Positions 1-10,412 of a stretch of 64,000 bases of DNA are shown one piece after another. The translations under genes and the position numbers were made by a program. Under the pieces are notes generated by a model. The model was not told the origin of the DNA, did not search any database, and saw nothing but the letters and a program-made list of their open reading frames with translations. Origin of the DNA: a virus (Duplodnaviria > Caudoviricetes); IMG/VR virus record IMGVR_UViG_3300013307_000671, positions 32,001-96,000 of that record; one strand, given 5' to 3'. The number at the start of each line of letters is the position of its first letter. The first letter of the stretch is position 1.

Positions 1-102
1 CAATATATTTTGAGAAATTATCTGATCATAACCATCCACTAAAACCTCATGGAAGTCTCTCATTAAAAAATAACCAATATCTTTGTGTATTCTGTTGCTC
101 AT
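1..102 (-). CDS. hypothetical protein (5' part; runs off the window)
   Basis: ATG at 102 with GGTGAG RBS, TATAAT just upstream; MSNRIHKDIGYF... Confidence 0.55.
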   Translation of the reverse strand, partial: MSNRIHKDIGYFLMRDFHEVLVDGYDQIISQNIL

Positions 103-147
103 GGCTCACCTTTTTTAGTGATTATAATATATTCTTATCCACAACGC

Positions 148-171
148 AAAAAAGCCGCTCGTGCGGCTTTT
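148..171 (-). terminator. intrinsic terminator
   Basis: AAAAAAGCCGC-TCGT-GCGGCTTTT hairpin with A/T tracts. Confidence 0.8.
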
Positions 172-176
172 CATGA

Positions 177-785
177 TTATGCTATTTCCTTTACTTGCCG
201 TTTGAAATGCTGATACTTGAAATCATTTTCCATTATCGCTTCAATATCTGCTAGCCTGATTTTCCCTTCACCTTTCACTTTTAGATGGTAAAGCTCAGCC
301 TCACTCAAGATTCCCATATGCTCAATAATCTTTTTCAGAAGTGGCGATATCTCCCGCCGACCTGCTTTTTCATAAAAGAGTTGACCCGCAACATATCTTA
401 ATGAGGATTTCTTTTTGAAATTCTTCATTACGTTGTGCTTGATCCATTTATCACGTAGCCCATACAAACCATTATCGATCAGATGAAGAGCGAAACAGAG
501 AAATGAAACAGACAGCGCCACCATAAAAGAATATTTCCAGAAACTCTCGAAAAGCACGGAAATATTATTGCCCACCATAATAAGGACACCTATAAATGCC
601 AACATAATAAAATGTGGCAGCATATCCGTTGGTCCAGCCACATCAAGCGTTTTAGTGGTCATACCTTCTTTGTCATAAATCTCTTTCTGACGCTCAATAA
701 TATTTTCAGGCGTGCATAATGCATTGGCAACCTCTTGTGTTTCTTCTTTAGCCAGAATAAAAATAAGCTTACGTTCTTCGCTCAT
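177..785 (-). CDS. hypothetical membrane protein
   Basis: 202 aa, two hydrophobic segments, GAGGAAAGGA RBS. Confidence 0.7.
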   Translation of the reverse strand: MSEERKLIFILAKEETQEVANALCTPENIIERQKEIYDKEGMTTKTLDVAGPTDMLPHFIMLAFIGVLIMVGNNISVLFESFWKYSFMVALSVSFLCFALHLIDNGLYGLRDKWIKHNVMKNFKKKSSLRYVAGQLFYEKAGRREISPLLKKIIEHMGILSEAELYHLKVKGEGKIRLADIEAIMENDFKYQHFKRQVKEIA

Positions 786-825
786 ATCCTTTCCTCATAA
801 AAAAAAGCCCCGAAGGGCTTGATTA

Positions 826-1347
826 TTAACAGGCCGTTTCGCCCAGCATGGTCAGCACTTTCTTGTGATGCTCTTCACTCTGAGGAACACCAGTGAAGTT
901 AATGCTCAGGAAAAACTTCAGCTTATCCGCAGTCGTTGCATTGCGCAGTTCGATTTTAGGCAGTGCTACAGAACTAAAGGAGTTTTGCTCGGCACTGTTG
1001 AAATCTTTGTAGTAAACATCCTGCTGATTCAGCCGAACTGCGATCTCATTGTTCAGGAACTTTTTCAGAGTGGTCAGACGCTGCTTGCCGTCTACAATTT
1101 CCAGAATGAAGTTTCCGCGTTCATTGTGAGTTTTTACTACAGAGATGGCACTCAGCGGCGCACCACGAACAACGCTCAGCAAAAACATATTTTGCTCAGT
1201 ATAGCCCCAAACATAATCACGCTGATAAGCGGCATCCAGATTAAGGCGGTCACATTCAATAAAAGAAATCCAGCTATCAATCGTCAGATCAGCTGAGTGA
1301 GTGTCAAAACAACGAGCAGCTTTTACGCGGTTTTCCATTAGATTCAT
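826..1347 (-). CDS. stand-alone DUF262 (ParB/Srx-like, GmrS-type) protein
   Basis: YQRDYVW and IVDGKQRLTT motifs, F..IN..G. Confidence 0.85.
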   Translation of the reverse strand: MNLMENRVKAARCFDTHSADLTIDSWISFIECDRLNLDAAYQRDYVWGYTEQNMFLLSVVRGAPLSAISVVKTHNERGNFILEIVDGKQRLTTLKKFLNNEIAVRLNQQDVYYKDFNSAEQNSFSSVALPKIELRNATTADKLKFFLSINFTGVPQSEEHHKKVLTMLGETAC

Positions 1348-1365
1348 CTCTGTATAGTGAGTTAG

Positions 1366-1442
<77 letters not shown>

Positions 1443-1457
1443 ATTTGATAAAAGGGA

Positions 1458-1486
1458 TTATACATTGCCTTGTTGTCATGTACAAG
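1458..1486 (-). promoter_or_regulatory. sigma70 promoter of tRNA-DUF262 unit with GACAAYA box (1471-1479) in the spacer
   Basis: TTGTAC..TATAAT on minus strand; TGTTGTCAT in spacer. Confidence 0.7.
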
Positions 1487-1514
1487 CCTTTATTCGCATA
1501 AAGGCTATCTTCTT

Positions 1515-2006
1515 TTACTCTTTAGTCGAAAAATCAAACTCACCTAACGACAGGTTTCTTAAAACACTGGTGGTTCTCATGACCGTGCAGTCAAACTCAA
1601 TCAGGCCATCATCAAAAAACATGTTGACCTCATGACATTCCTTATCCTGCAGTTCGGCTTTGCTTTGCTCGATTTTTTCAGTCAAAGCAGCAAGTGAGCT
1701 ATTTACTTTCTCTTTTACCGTATCATCATCACAGACAATAACCGTATTTAACACAACTTTTTTAATATGATCATAAACATCAACATCAGAGCTTACCTTC
1801 TCATTGATATCTACAGCCTTATTATCAATCATATGCGCTTTCTTGTGATCAATGTTCAAATAAAGCACTAAATCGAAGCGAGAAGTTGCTTGCTTATGAC
1901 CTACCTGAGAATCCTGAAGCGATTTCAACAGGGCCTTAGCGCTTTCATTTTCAGGAGCCAACCGACATAAATCGATGAGTTCCTGAACGTTATATCTTGC
2001 TTTCAT
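1515..2006 (-). CDS. hypothetical protein
   Basis: 163 aa, GAGG RBS, operon with upstream ORFs. Confidence 0.7.
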   Translation of the reverse strand: MKARYNVQELIDLCRLAPENESAKALLKSLQDSQVGHKQATSRFDLVLYLNIDHKKAHMIDNKAVDINEKVSSDVDVYDHIKKVVLNTVIVCDDDTVKEKVNSSLAALTEKIEQSKAELQDKECHEVNMFFDDGLIEFDCTVMRTTSVLRNLSLGEFDFSTKE

Positions 2007-2012
2007 GCTTCC

Positions 2013-2423
2013 TCACTTTTTAAACTGAACAATATTGGTGGATAAGTTATTTTCTTTTTCTTGCTGAGCCATTAAAAACCGTGCAGTCTCAAAAATGTCA
2101 TCGCTGATTTCCAAAACGCCATACTTATGCTCAATGCCATCTACTTTAAAAATGTAATGACTAAAACCATTTACATGATAATCACCAGAAGCCAAAACCT
2201 GAGCCACTTTATATTTAAAAACCTCTGTCTTCCGGCGGCTGATTTCAAAATAATAATCAGACTTCTCCAAAAACAGTGCGATTTTCTTTTTAAATAAAAA
2301 TGGAAAATAGCGGTAGACGAAAGAGTATTTTAACATATTCTCGTAATAAAACTCTTTCGCCTCAATAAAGGCACGCTCTTGCTCTACGGTTAGCATGACA
2401 GGTTTAGGCAGAGTTAAAATCAT
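2013..2423 (-). CDS. hypothetical protein
   Basis: 136 aa, tight operon spacing. Confidence 0.65.
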   Translation of the reverse strand: MILTLPKPVMLTVEQERAFIEAKEFYYENMLKYSFVYRYFPFLFKKKIALFLEKSDYYFEISRRKTEVFKYKVAQVLASGDYHVNGFSHYIFKVDGIEHKYGVLEISDDIFETARFLMAQQEKENNLSTNIVQFKK

Positions 2424-2430
2424 TTCTCAA

Positions 2431-2784
2431 TTATCCTTTAAGGTCTTCGATCAATGCTGAAATCCAATTCTGGCATTTTATGACTTTATCCTGGATGGTA
2501 TTCCGGGATTGTTCAAAACGACTGTGATATCCCACATTATTTTTCTGTGATAGGGCCACTTCGGTCAATGCCTTCAACAGATCATCTTTATTGGCGATTT
2601 CAACTGAATCATGAGAAAGCGCTTTAAGCACATCATTCAGTTTTTGAAAGTTTTCCGCAGCCACATCAGAAATATTATATGCGTCGTTTTTCATAGAATA
2701 CATAGGCTCAGAAACTCCGCCCAATCCTTCTTTAACTTCATTTAATACCATATTATTTACTTTGCTCATATTTCCTCCGCTCAA
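2431..2784 (-). CDS. hypothetical helical protein
   Basis: GGAGG RBS suggests start at MSKVNN. Confidence 0.65.
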   Translation of the reverse strand: MSGGNMSKVNNMVLNEVKEGLGGVSEPMYSMKNDAYNISDVAAENFQKLNDVLKALSHDSVEIANKDDLLKALTEVALSQKNNVGYHSRFEQSRNTIQDKVIKCQNWISALIEDLKG

Positions 2785-3449
2785 TAGTTTAGCATTGCGA
2801 TGTGTTTGCCTTCAATGAAGCCTGGTAGCTCACACTCATCAGAAAAATCCTTGATACTACACCATGCCTCATAGTCGTCCTGACGCGTGATAAACGCCAG
2901 ATCAGCATGGATTTGATAACTTCTTGGATAGTTGGCTCTGAAGTTATATCGATCAATACGACACGCCGTGTTTTCCCATTCCTCAAACGCAAAGGTAATC
3001 ACTTCAACTTCAACTTCTGTCCTTACATAATCAGGCGTATATACGATGTCTTGACCTTCAAATGACAACGCATTCCATTTATCAAAAACATCCATTTGAA
3101 GTGAACTTAGATCAAATGATTTTCTATTATACCCGAAAGCCGCAGGTTTTGCCCAAAGCGCATCACCCACATAAACATACTCATCAAAATCTTTAGCGTC
3201 GATTTGCGTCATCAGGTCTTCCTGACACGACCACAGAGGCATAACCACTTTGCGTGAACCATAACGCTCTTTCAGAGCATCAAAGCTCCAGATAGAGTTA
3301 TACAGGTTTACATTGCTCTGACCTTCCGCATAATCCTCCATTAACTCAATAAAGGGATTGTCGTAAAAAGTCAGCACTTTTTTCTTTGTAAACGGCACTA
3401 CACTATCATCTCTGATATAAAGCTTAGTCTCTCCGTTATAACTCATCAT
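2781..3449 (-). CDS. hypothetical protein
   Basis: 222 aa, GAGAGG RBS. Confidence 0.75.
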   Translation of the reverse strand: MMSYNGETKLYIRDDSVVPFTKKKVLTFYDNPFIELMEDYAEGQSNVNLYNSIWSFDALKERYGSRKVVMPLWSCQEDLMTQIDAKDFDEYVYVGDALWAKPAAFGYNRKSFDLSSLQMDVFDKWNALSFEGQDIVYTPDYVRTEVEVEVITFAFEEWENTACRIDRYNFRANYPRSYQIHADLAFITRQDDYEAWCSIKDFSDECELPGFIEGKHIAMLNY

Positions 3450-3533
3450 CGCCTCTCTAACTATTATTTATTGCGACAATATACCATAATCATGTATTAC
3501 AAACAACAAAAAAGCAGCCGAAGCTGCTTTCTT

Positions 3534-4307
3534 TTATTTTCCTAACATCGTTGATAGTAAATACATCACGCTAGCCTTAGCCGAAACCACGTACTCTGGC
3601 TCAAGCTCAATAAAATTCGCATCACATCCCAAAGCAAACACCGAGTGTGTTGCTACGATTATCTGCAGGTCGTGCTCTTTAGCCGCTTTATCGAGCATAG
3701 CAAAAAGACGCTGCTGGACAGGCACTGCCAAACCTGATTCAGGCTCATCCAGTAAAATCGACTTCTGGCCTACTGGAATACGCGCCTCTAATAGTTTCGC
3801 CCTGTCTTCTTCGAGATACTGACGACTTATATTTTTGAACTTTACCTCATCAGCAATCTTATCATTGCCCGTTAAAATATTGACGATCTTACCCATCCGA
3901 TAAAGCGTCGTTTTACCCGTTGACTCGCTCAGCCGCAACTCCGCAATACCTTCTGACATGAAATCATCATCAAATGCCGCTGATCCACCAATCAAGCCAA
4001 CAGCCTCACGAGGATTACAATACATTGCTGGCTGTCCATCATGAAATACCTCAATCCCGTCAAGGTTCTCAAAACCAAACATGCTATTCCATTTATTCGT
4101 AACAACAGATTCGCCTGACTGCTTACAGGCCATAGACAAAGCCATCATCGACAAAATCGTTGATTTCCCCGTGCCGTTCGGAGCATAAATAATATTCAGG
4201 CCGGGTTTAAACTCGATTTTCTTGTTTTTCTTAAAGAAATCAAGTTTCGCAGCATAGCCAAACTCTTTGTTTTTATTCAGGCCTTTAAAAGCAATCTTAG
4301 AAAACAT
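3534..4307 (-). CDS. ABC/AAA-type ATPase
   Basis: Walker A APNGTGKST, Walker B LLDEPE, ATHS H-loop. Confidence 0.9.
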   Translation of the reverse strand: MFSKIAFKGLNKNKEFGYAAKLDFFKKNKKIEFKPGLNIIYAPNGTGKSTILSMMALSMACKQSGESVVTNKWNSMFGFENLDGIEVFHDGQPAMYCNPREAVGLIGGSAAFDDDFMSEGIAELRLSESTGKTTLYRMGKIVNILTGNDKIADEVKFKNISRQYLEEDRAKLLEARIPVGQKSILLDEPESGLAVPVQQRLFAMLDKAAKEHDLQIIVATHSVFALGCDANFIELEPEYVVSAKASVMYLLSTMLGK

Positions 4308-4356
4308 AACGAATCTCTCAGTTAATCAGTCAGCTTTACTATACCAGCATCCCCTA

Positions 4357-4368
4357 TTAAAGACAACA
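4357..4368. promoter_or_regulatory. GACAAYA box overlapping -35 of ATPase promoter
   Basis: TTAAAGACAACA. Confidence 0.7.
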
Positions 4369-4371
4369 TGA

Positions 4372-5160
4372 TTATACTAATGATTCACGATAGTCTGGAA
4401 CGATTAAATCGAGATTAAACTCATTAACAAACCTATCATCGTTATCATTCCAGAACTGGTAATAACCGCCTTCAAATATGCATCTGATCCAGAAACCATC
4501 CTCTGTTCCTTTTTTCTTCACCATGAAGAGGTATTCATTATTGGGTTTATTAGCGATTTCTATACTTACTTCATTTTCCTGAACTCCCTTCTCTTCTAAA
4601 AGCAATAACAAAAACTCATGTGCTAATGCTGAGATAATTTTCCGGTATCCTTCACTTTCATTATAATAATAATCCAGTATTTCCTTTTGAGAATATCTGC
4701 TGTCTTTCAAAAGCTTTGGATCAATCTTTTCTTGAGCAAAGCTTTTAAAAACTAGAGCACCAAAGATATTCATTGGATTAACAACAACTTTGCCAGAAGC
4801 TCTATGATTTTCCATATAGGTATAATCTAGAGAAAGCTCGACAAACCTCCTCTCCAGCTCTGAAAGCTCCAGAGACGCAATCTCAGCCCTTTTTATATTC
4901 TCAACATCTACTTGTAGCACCGCATAAAAGAATGCTGCCTTAGACTTGTCTGAGTGCGTATAAACCAGTAATACTTCTCTATCTTCTGGCTTAACACTTC
5001 GCGGATAGCTTTCTTCGTATTTCTTGTTATATTGCTCAACAAGAGAACCTAAATAACTGTCAATGGTTTTATCATAGCCATTATCAATCTCTTTTTGATA
5101 TCCCGCTATTATTTCTGCGAATATTTTATTCTTATTAACAGCATTACCTGTATTTTCCAT
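4372..5160 (-). CDS. hypothetical protein
   Basis: 262 aa, AGAGGA RBS. Confidence 0.75.
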   Translation of the reverse strand: MENTGNAVNKNKIFAEIIAGYQKEIDNGYDKTIDSYLGSLVEQYNKKYEESYPRSVKPEDREVLLVYTHSDKSKAAFFYAVLQVDVENIKRAEIASLELSELERRFVELSLDYTYMENHRASGKVVVNPMNIFGALVFKSFAQEKIDPKLLKDSRYSQKEILDYYYNESEGYRKIISALAHEFLLLLLEEKGVQENEVSIEIANKPNNEYLFMVKKKGTEDGFWIRCIFEGGYYQFWNDNDDRFVNEFNLDLIVPDYRESLV

Positions 5161-5276
5161 AAATCCTCTCTTTTCTTTTTATTATGCCATTTCCTTATCC
5201 GCATTATCAAAAAAAAGCTTGATTGCCTTTCTCATTTACTCTATAATGACAACTCCAAATCAGAGAGGTTTATATC

Positions 5277-5558
5277 ATGTCTCATAAGTTTACTGAATCA
5301 GAAATGAGCGCTTTAAGCCAGCTTTCTCAGCAGCGATCTATTCTTATCTCTCAGATTCCTGACAAAAACATCAATGACCATCTTGATGGCCTGACAGCAG
5401 GTATGACAACCTATAAAAAGCTGATTAAGAAAGGTCTATGCCTTATTACTGAAGAAGATCCTGTTTTGTTTGATGGTGATGATGAAGAGTTTTATTTCAC
5501 ACCTTCCATTGAACTTACTGAAGAAGGTGAAAGCCTGATTAAAACACTTTCTTTTTAA
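5277..5558 (+). CDS. small winged-helix-like hypothetical protein
   Basis: GAGG RBS; L.KKGL...LTEEG wHTH-like pattern; promoter TATAAT fused to GACAAC box (5244-5253). Confidence 0.6.
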   Translation: MSHKFTESEMSALSQLSQQRSILISQIPDKNINDHLDGLTAGMTTYKKLIKKGLCLITEEDPVLFDGDDEEFYFTPSIELTEEGESLIKTLSF

Positions 5559-5671
5559 GCATTTATCTCTTTAACTTCTTAAAGGTGGCTCTGCACCTTT
5601 TCTTTTTGCAGGACTTTACGACCGACAATAAAAAAGGCGGACTCGCCGCCTTTCTTGCTTATTTTCTCAGG

Positions 5672-7048
5672 TTATTCCGCTCTATTAAAACGTTTATGCC
5701 CGTAATTTCCTTTGATAGTTTTTGTCTCAAAGTCTATCTCAGCATTTTCATAATCACGCAGTTTCTGGATAGCATCTTTCATGATGAGCACCGGGAACAT
5801 ATCTTCACGACCAACAATCACCAGGTGAGATACCGGACCGCCGCGCTCAGTGATTACGACACCTGCTTTTTTCGCCAGCGCCTCATATTTCAGGTTAGCA
5901 TTCGGCAGCACTAAAATATCTTTGTCTGTGATATTCTCACTGTTTTCAAACACAACACGCCCGGAGAACTTCGTCATTTTCGCATCATTCAGCACTGAGA
6001 AATCGCCCGCATCTTGATAGAAAAACCGCATACTATCAATCATATCATAGAAACGGCTTGTCTCTGGATTATCATAGTTATACTCTTCACCATTCAGGCC
6101 ATTTCCCATTGCCAGCCATAAATCTGAGTGGAAGCTGGAGTCGCCTTCCATTTTCAGACCACTTTCACAAACTGGCTTCCAGATACTTGAATCACGGGTG
6201 ATATAAGCCATAACCAGTTCAACAGGAACTTCCTGAGTGATTTCCTCACCGTTATGCTTGAACTGAACTTCTTTCCATGAAACATTTCGCTCATTACACG
6301 CAGCCAATACCTTTCCACGCATTGTATCCGCCATGATATCTACGCTTGGGTAGCTATATTGCTGAGCGATACTTTCAAGATACGCCATACGCGCATTTTT
6401 AAAATACGCATTTGACCGCTCACGCTTTTGTTCTTCTTTGACCGGATCGGGCTGTGGCTCTGGCTTAGGCGCTTCTTTTTTAACCTCAATACCATTCATG
6501 ATGTTATAACACTCCATCGCTGAACGAGCGAAGTCAGACTTTTTTAGCCACATTGGTGATGTGTTAGGATCTTTTTTCTCTGCAACCATAAACCACGTTG
6601 AGCCAAAACGGAAAAGACGTTCTGTATTTTTATTGCTCATATATTTTACAGCCGCATCAAACATTTTATCGTGATCAAAATGGGAGCCATGCTGTAAACC
6701 ATAATTCTCCATCATGCGCTCAAAGTCTTTTGGCTCAATCATATGGGAATATTGGAAAAACTCACCATTGCTATAGAAACAGTCTTCTGCGTAAACCTCA
6801 CGAACTGTCTGCTTGTAGTCCTCAGAGTCATTATCTTCGACAACTTGAATATCATCATTTGCGCCTGTCAGCGTTTTATCGCCACGCAGAATCGCCATAG
6901 ATAGCTCCATAGGGAAATCTTCAAAATATTCGTTAAAATACGCCCATGCTTTAGCCCATTCTCCACTTAAAACCATATCACGCGCAGTTTCAACAATAGC
7001 AGAACCATGAACAGTAAAACGTGCCATAGAGATAGAAGATATGGTCAT
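5672..7048 (-). CDS. protein with C-terminal PEP-utiliser mobile (swivelling phospho-His) domain
   Basis: VITERGGPVSHLVIVGRE motif; N-terminal ~360 aa unrecognised. Confidence 0.75.
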   Translation of the reverse strand: MTISSISMARFTVHGSAIVETARDMVLSGEWAKAWAYFNEYFEDFPMELSMAILRGDKTLTGANDDIQVVEDNDSEDYKQTVREVYAEDCFYSNGEFFQYSHMIEPKDFERMMENYGLQHGSHFDHDKMFDAAVKYMSNKNTERLFRFGSTWFMVAEKKDPNTSPMWLKKSDFARSAMECYNIMNGIEVKKEAPKPEPQPDPVKEEQKRERSNAYFKNARMAYLESIAQQYSYPSVDIMADTMRGKVLAACNERNVSWKEVQFKHNGEEITQEVPVELVMAYITRDSSIWKPVCESGLKMEGDSSFHSDLWLAMGNGLNGEEYNYDNPETSRFYDMIDSMRFFYQDAGDFSVLNDAKMTKFSGRVVFENSENITDKDILVLPNANLKYEALAKKAGVVITERGGPVSHLVIVGREDMFPVLIMKDAIQKLRDYENAEIDFETKTIKGNYGHKRFNRAE

Positions 7049-7215
7049 GTGATGCCCTTAGAAAGTTAGTTAGTCTTCGTATTAGGTTCATTATAACAAC
7101 AAGCACCAACATGCACAAGGCTTTATTGTCATTATTTATCTTATAAAGAGGCCTAGATGGATTGCGATGCTCTTATAAAGAAAAAAGAGCCAGTGATGGC
7201 TCTTTAATCGTTGTG

Positions 7216-7401
7216 TCATGCGTAATGGATATGGGAGTAAAGCATAATACCGCCCATTATTGCTATCATCATGTAGATCTTGGCAGCATTCTTAAACTCG
7301 CTGGACTTAACGGGATTTGACTCACAAACCATCCGAAATTGTCTGACGTTTAATACCGTCATCAGCAAACCGAATACAATAAATACAAAATATTGAATCA
7401 T
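7216..7401 (-). CDS. small membrane protein
   Basis: two hydrophobic segments, GAGG RBS. Confidence 0.6.
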   Translation of the reverse strand: MIQYFVFIVFGLLMTVLNVRQFRMVCESNPVKSSEFKNAAKIYMMIAIMGGIMLYSHIHYA

Positions 7402-7420
7402 GCCTCACCTTTATCCAGCA

Positions 7421-7657
7421 TTACAGGCTTACACCATCAATACTGATTTCCAGATCAAACTCATCACTCAGAGCCTTGAGTGTTTCAGAAGCTGAGAGGT
7501 CAGAGCGATAAATATCATCAGGATCACCACCAAATGTGACTAACACCTCCTTACCATCGATTTCGCCTTGATAAGTGAAGCTATATTTGTAGTAGTTGCT
7601 GAAGAAAACTTCCGCATCGCAATGCTGCTCAATAAAAGCTGATTTACTCATTGACAT
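7421..7657 (-). CDS. small acidic hypothetical protein
   Basis: GAGGAG RBS; YYKYSF..G motif typical of phage small proteins. Confidence 0.65.
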   Translation of the reverse strand: MSMSKSAFIEQHCDAEVFFSNYYKYSFTYQGEIDGKEVLVTFGGDPDDIYRSDLSASETLKALSDEFDLEISIDGVSL

Positions 7658-7661
7658 CTCC

Positions 7662-7862
7662 TCATTTAGTTAATGATACAACACCGATTATAAAAATAAA
7701 ACAGATTACAGCAAATACTGAAAATTGGGAAGCTTCTTTTCTCAGATCCTTCGATGTTACAGGATGACTGTCTTTAAACATTTTTGACTGTTTAAATGCT
7801 AACAGCGCCATAAAAATACACACCAAAAGCACTACGCCCAACATCACTGTAAGAATATTCAT
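7662..7862 (-). CDS. small membrane protein
   Basis: two TM-like segments. Confidence 0.55.
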   Translation of the reverse strand: MNILTVMLGVVLLVCIFMALLAFKQSKMFKDSHPVTSKDLRKEASQFSVFAVICFIFIIGVVSLTK

Positions 7863-7872
7863 ATAGAACGCC

Positions 7873-8130
7873 TTATTTGATTAAATCAACGTAGTCGCCA
7901 AACTCACGGTCAAATGTTTCGATAGCATTTTGATAATTGCCAGACATCATTTCTTTACGCAAAGCATCAGCTTTCCCTGCAGAAAAACCAAGCTGCTTAC
8001 CAAGCTTACGAGCATGTCCCATCAAAGCAAATACATTACCATCCGGCCCATGAAGGTCAATCGTTGGTTTTTCATTAGTGCGGGATTTGATAGCCATTGT
8101 ATTCTCCAGTAATTGTCTCAGTTCAGTCAA
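7873..8130 (-). CDS. phage-type hypothetical protein (IDLxGPDGN family)
   Basis: IDLHGPDGNVFALMG; probable start MAIKS after GGAG. Confidence 0.75.
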   Translation of the reverse strand: MTELRQLLENTMAIKSRTNEKPTIDLHGPDGNVFALMGHARKLGKQLGFSAGKADALRKEMMSGNYQNAIETFDREFGDYVDLIK

Positions 8131-8168
8131 AAGAGTATAGCAAGTTATGACAACAAATACAAGCTTTT

Positions 8169-8396
8169 TTAATGCCCGTAGTTACATCCAATCATATACT
8201 CAACACCACCAATTATCAGCTTTTGATTGAATGATCCACAGCAACCATTTTCAATAGCGAGGTTAAAGGCAAACTCTTCATCTTCATTACCAACACGAGC
8301 AAAACGGAAGTTGTCCGCACACTCAAGATCTTCTCGCTCTATTGCCTCATTTAGCGCCTCACGGCAGGCACTCAACTCTTGCTCAGTCATAGACAC
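8169..8396 (-). CDS. small Cys-containing hypothetical protein
   Basis: CADNFRFA..GCCGSF..GCNYGH; AGGAG RBS. Confidence 0.7.
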   Translation of the reverse strand: MSMTEQELSACREALNEAIEREDLECADNFRFARVGNEDEEFAFNLAIENGCCGSFNQKLIIGGVEYMIGCNYGH

Positions 8397-8471
8397 TCCT
8401 TTTAAGTAAGGGTTTATTTTATCAAAATGTCAGATCAAAGACAACAAAAAAGAGCCGAAGCTCTTTTTATT

Positions 8472-10316
8472 TTAGTGAGGCCTTGGGCCAGATGATTTTA
8501 GCCTCAGTGCGTTTTTAGCCGCTTTATTAACACACGCAACATTGAACTCACTCTTGTATTGGTATGTTCTTTTTTCGAAATCAACATGCCTTAAGGCATT
8601 GTCGTCAATCAAAGCAAACACATCCTTTACGCCTAAAGTATGTAAAGAAGCTGATTCATAGTTCATTGCTGAACGAGGATAGTTATGCTCATTTTTCAAT
8701 GCGCTATCAACCAACATTCTTTTTATCTTATCAGTATCTGCTGCTATCTCATCAGTACTGATAGCCTTTAGCATATTAGGATCATAAGCTTGACCTTTTT
8801 CATTGTCAAAGCCATAGATATTCATCTCCGGGAAGTTAGAAGCATCAAAGCCGACCATTGAGTTAAACTTTCGACTTAACGCATCGGTATGACCATTAGG
8901 AATATAGTCAAAATCAAACTTCATGCTCACCAAAACGTGATCATTTCCCAAGGCTTTAAGTTTATCTAGGGTAGCATTCAGCTCATTATTTCCTCTCTCC
9001 TTCATATCACTGATATTTACCATATATGCTTCGCCTAATACTACATCGCCCTGAGCATTCTCAGTTAATACGTGTGCTTCATTCTTTATCGCGTAATAGG
9101 GATGCTTAATCTCTTCTGAGCGAGTAAATCCCATACCTGCCCGAACTCCACAAAGAATCTCGTTAAGCTCATGCTTCATTAAAGAACGTTGTTGAATCAA
9201 ATTGCCTTCTTTATTTCTCATGCTCAACTGAATATCACAGTAGCGATCATCTCGCTCAAGCTGAACAATGTTTACCACTGCGCTATCCACATCATTGATT
9301 AAGCCATATTTCTCTCTCACAGGCTCACTAAGCTCTTTAACAATCAAACTGTATTCATCACCTGCCTGCGCTGTTATCTTGAAACCATAAACTTTTGACA
9401 CAACATTATGGATGTCAGCAATAGAAGTAAAAGCATATTCATTATTATGAACATTACCAATAAGACGGGCGCGGTTATAAATATTATCGTCATTTAACAA
9501 AAGCTCCATACTTTTAGGCTCAAGCACCATGTAGGAATTGCTAAACACTTTACTTTCTTCGATTCTACTCCAATCAGTTTCAATCGCGTGATTTAAGCGA
9601 CTCGCCATAACAGATTCAGCAATCAACGGCCTTCTCTCTTCAGCCGTTTTACACGCAACAATATTGCTATCAACACCTTCAAAAAAGAATGTGCCATACT
9701 CATCTGTCGCAAATAACTCAAGACTTGGGCTGTAATAAGGATCAAGGAAATATTTTTGATTTTTCACATTATTCGGTGAAAAGTTTTTGAGAGAACTCAT
9801 TTTTCTATCATCAGGATAACGCATAACCATGAGAATATGTTTAATGCCATACTCTTTCATTAGTTCTGCGTTCTTAAGGTAATCAGGATGCGCATTCTGA
9901 GACAGATTTAACAGGTAATCTTTTAAGGGAATACGATACACATCCCCATCCTTCATAGCAAAAAACCCCATCACTGCAGGCGAGCTAACGTCTCTTTTTG
10001 GGGCCTGCTCTCCTTTTGCTCTCACAACGCCTTCAACATTACTGATCAGATACAGCATATCTCTTTCATTAAACTTTAAGCCAGTACCATCAATAGGTTT
10101 ACCACTTTCGTTTAAAACGGTAGAAACTGGCTCAATAAAGTCGTTTTTCCTGTTGTATTTTTCGCCTTGTTTAAAATCAATACGCACTGTTTTAGCTTCA
10201 GGCACAGCATCAATTTCATCAATCCAGCCTTGATTCTCCGCAGCTTTCATCAGATCCCTCAGCTTAGCAATCCCGAATGAAAAACTATCGTTTGGACCTA
10301 TCATTTCTTTAGTCAT
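8472..10316 (-). CDS. large hypothetical protein, paralog A; C-terminal ..SSGPRPH tail
   Basis: 614 aa, colinear similarity to 10413..12242. Confidence 0.85.
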   Translation of the reverse strand: MTKEMIGPNDSFSFGIAKLRDLMKAAENQGWIDEIDAVPEAKTVRIDFKQGEKYNRKNDFIEPVSTVLNESGKPIDGTGLKFNERDMLYLISNVEGVVRAKGEQAPKRDVSSPAVMGFFAMKDGDVYRIPLKDYLLNLSQNAHPDYLKNAELMKEYGIKHILMVMRYPDDRKMSSLKNFSPNNVKNQKYFLDPYYSPSLELFATDEYGTFFFEGVDSNIVACKTAEERRPLIAESVMASRLNHAIETDWSRIEESKVFSNSYMVLEPKSMELLLNDDNIYNRARLIGNVHNNEYAFTSIADIHNVVSKVYGFKITAQAGDEYSLIVKELSEPVREKYGLINDVDSAVVNIVQLERDDRYCDIQLSMRNKEGNLIQQRSLMKHELNEILCGVRAGMGFTRSEEIKHPYYAIKNEAHVLTENAQGDVVLGEAYMVNISDMKERGNNELNATLDKLKALGNDHVLVSMKFDFDYIPNGHTDALSRKFNSMVGFDASNFPEMNIYGFDNEKGQAYDPNMLKAISTDEIAADTDKIKRMLVDSALKNEHNYPRSAMNYESASLHTLGVKDVFALIDDNALRHVDFEKRTYQYKSEFNVACVNKAAKNALRLKSSGPRPH

Positions 10317-10412
10317 TTTGCTTCCTTAATGTATTCTTTGATTTTAACATTATAACTGATTAGCTTAATCCTGTATACAAAAAAGCCACTGGTTAAAGTG
10401 GCTTTTTCTTTC

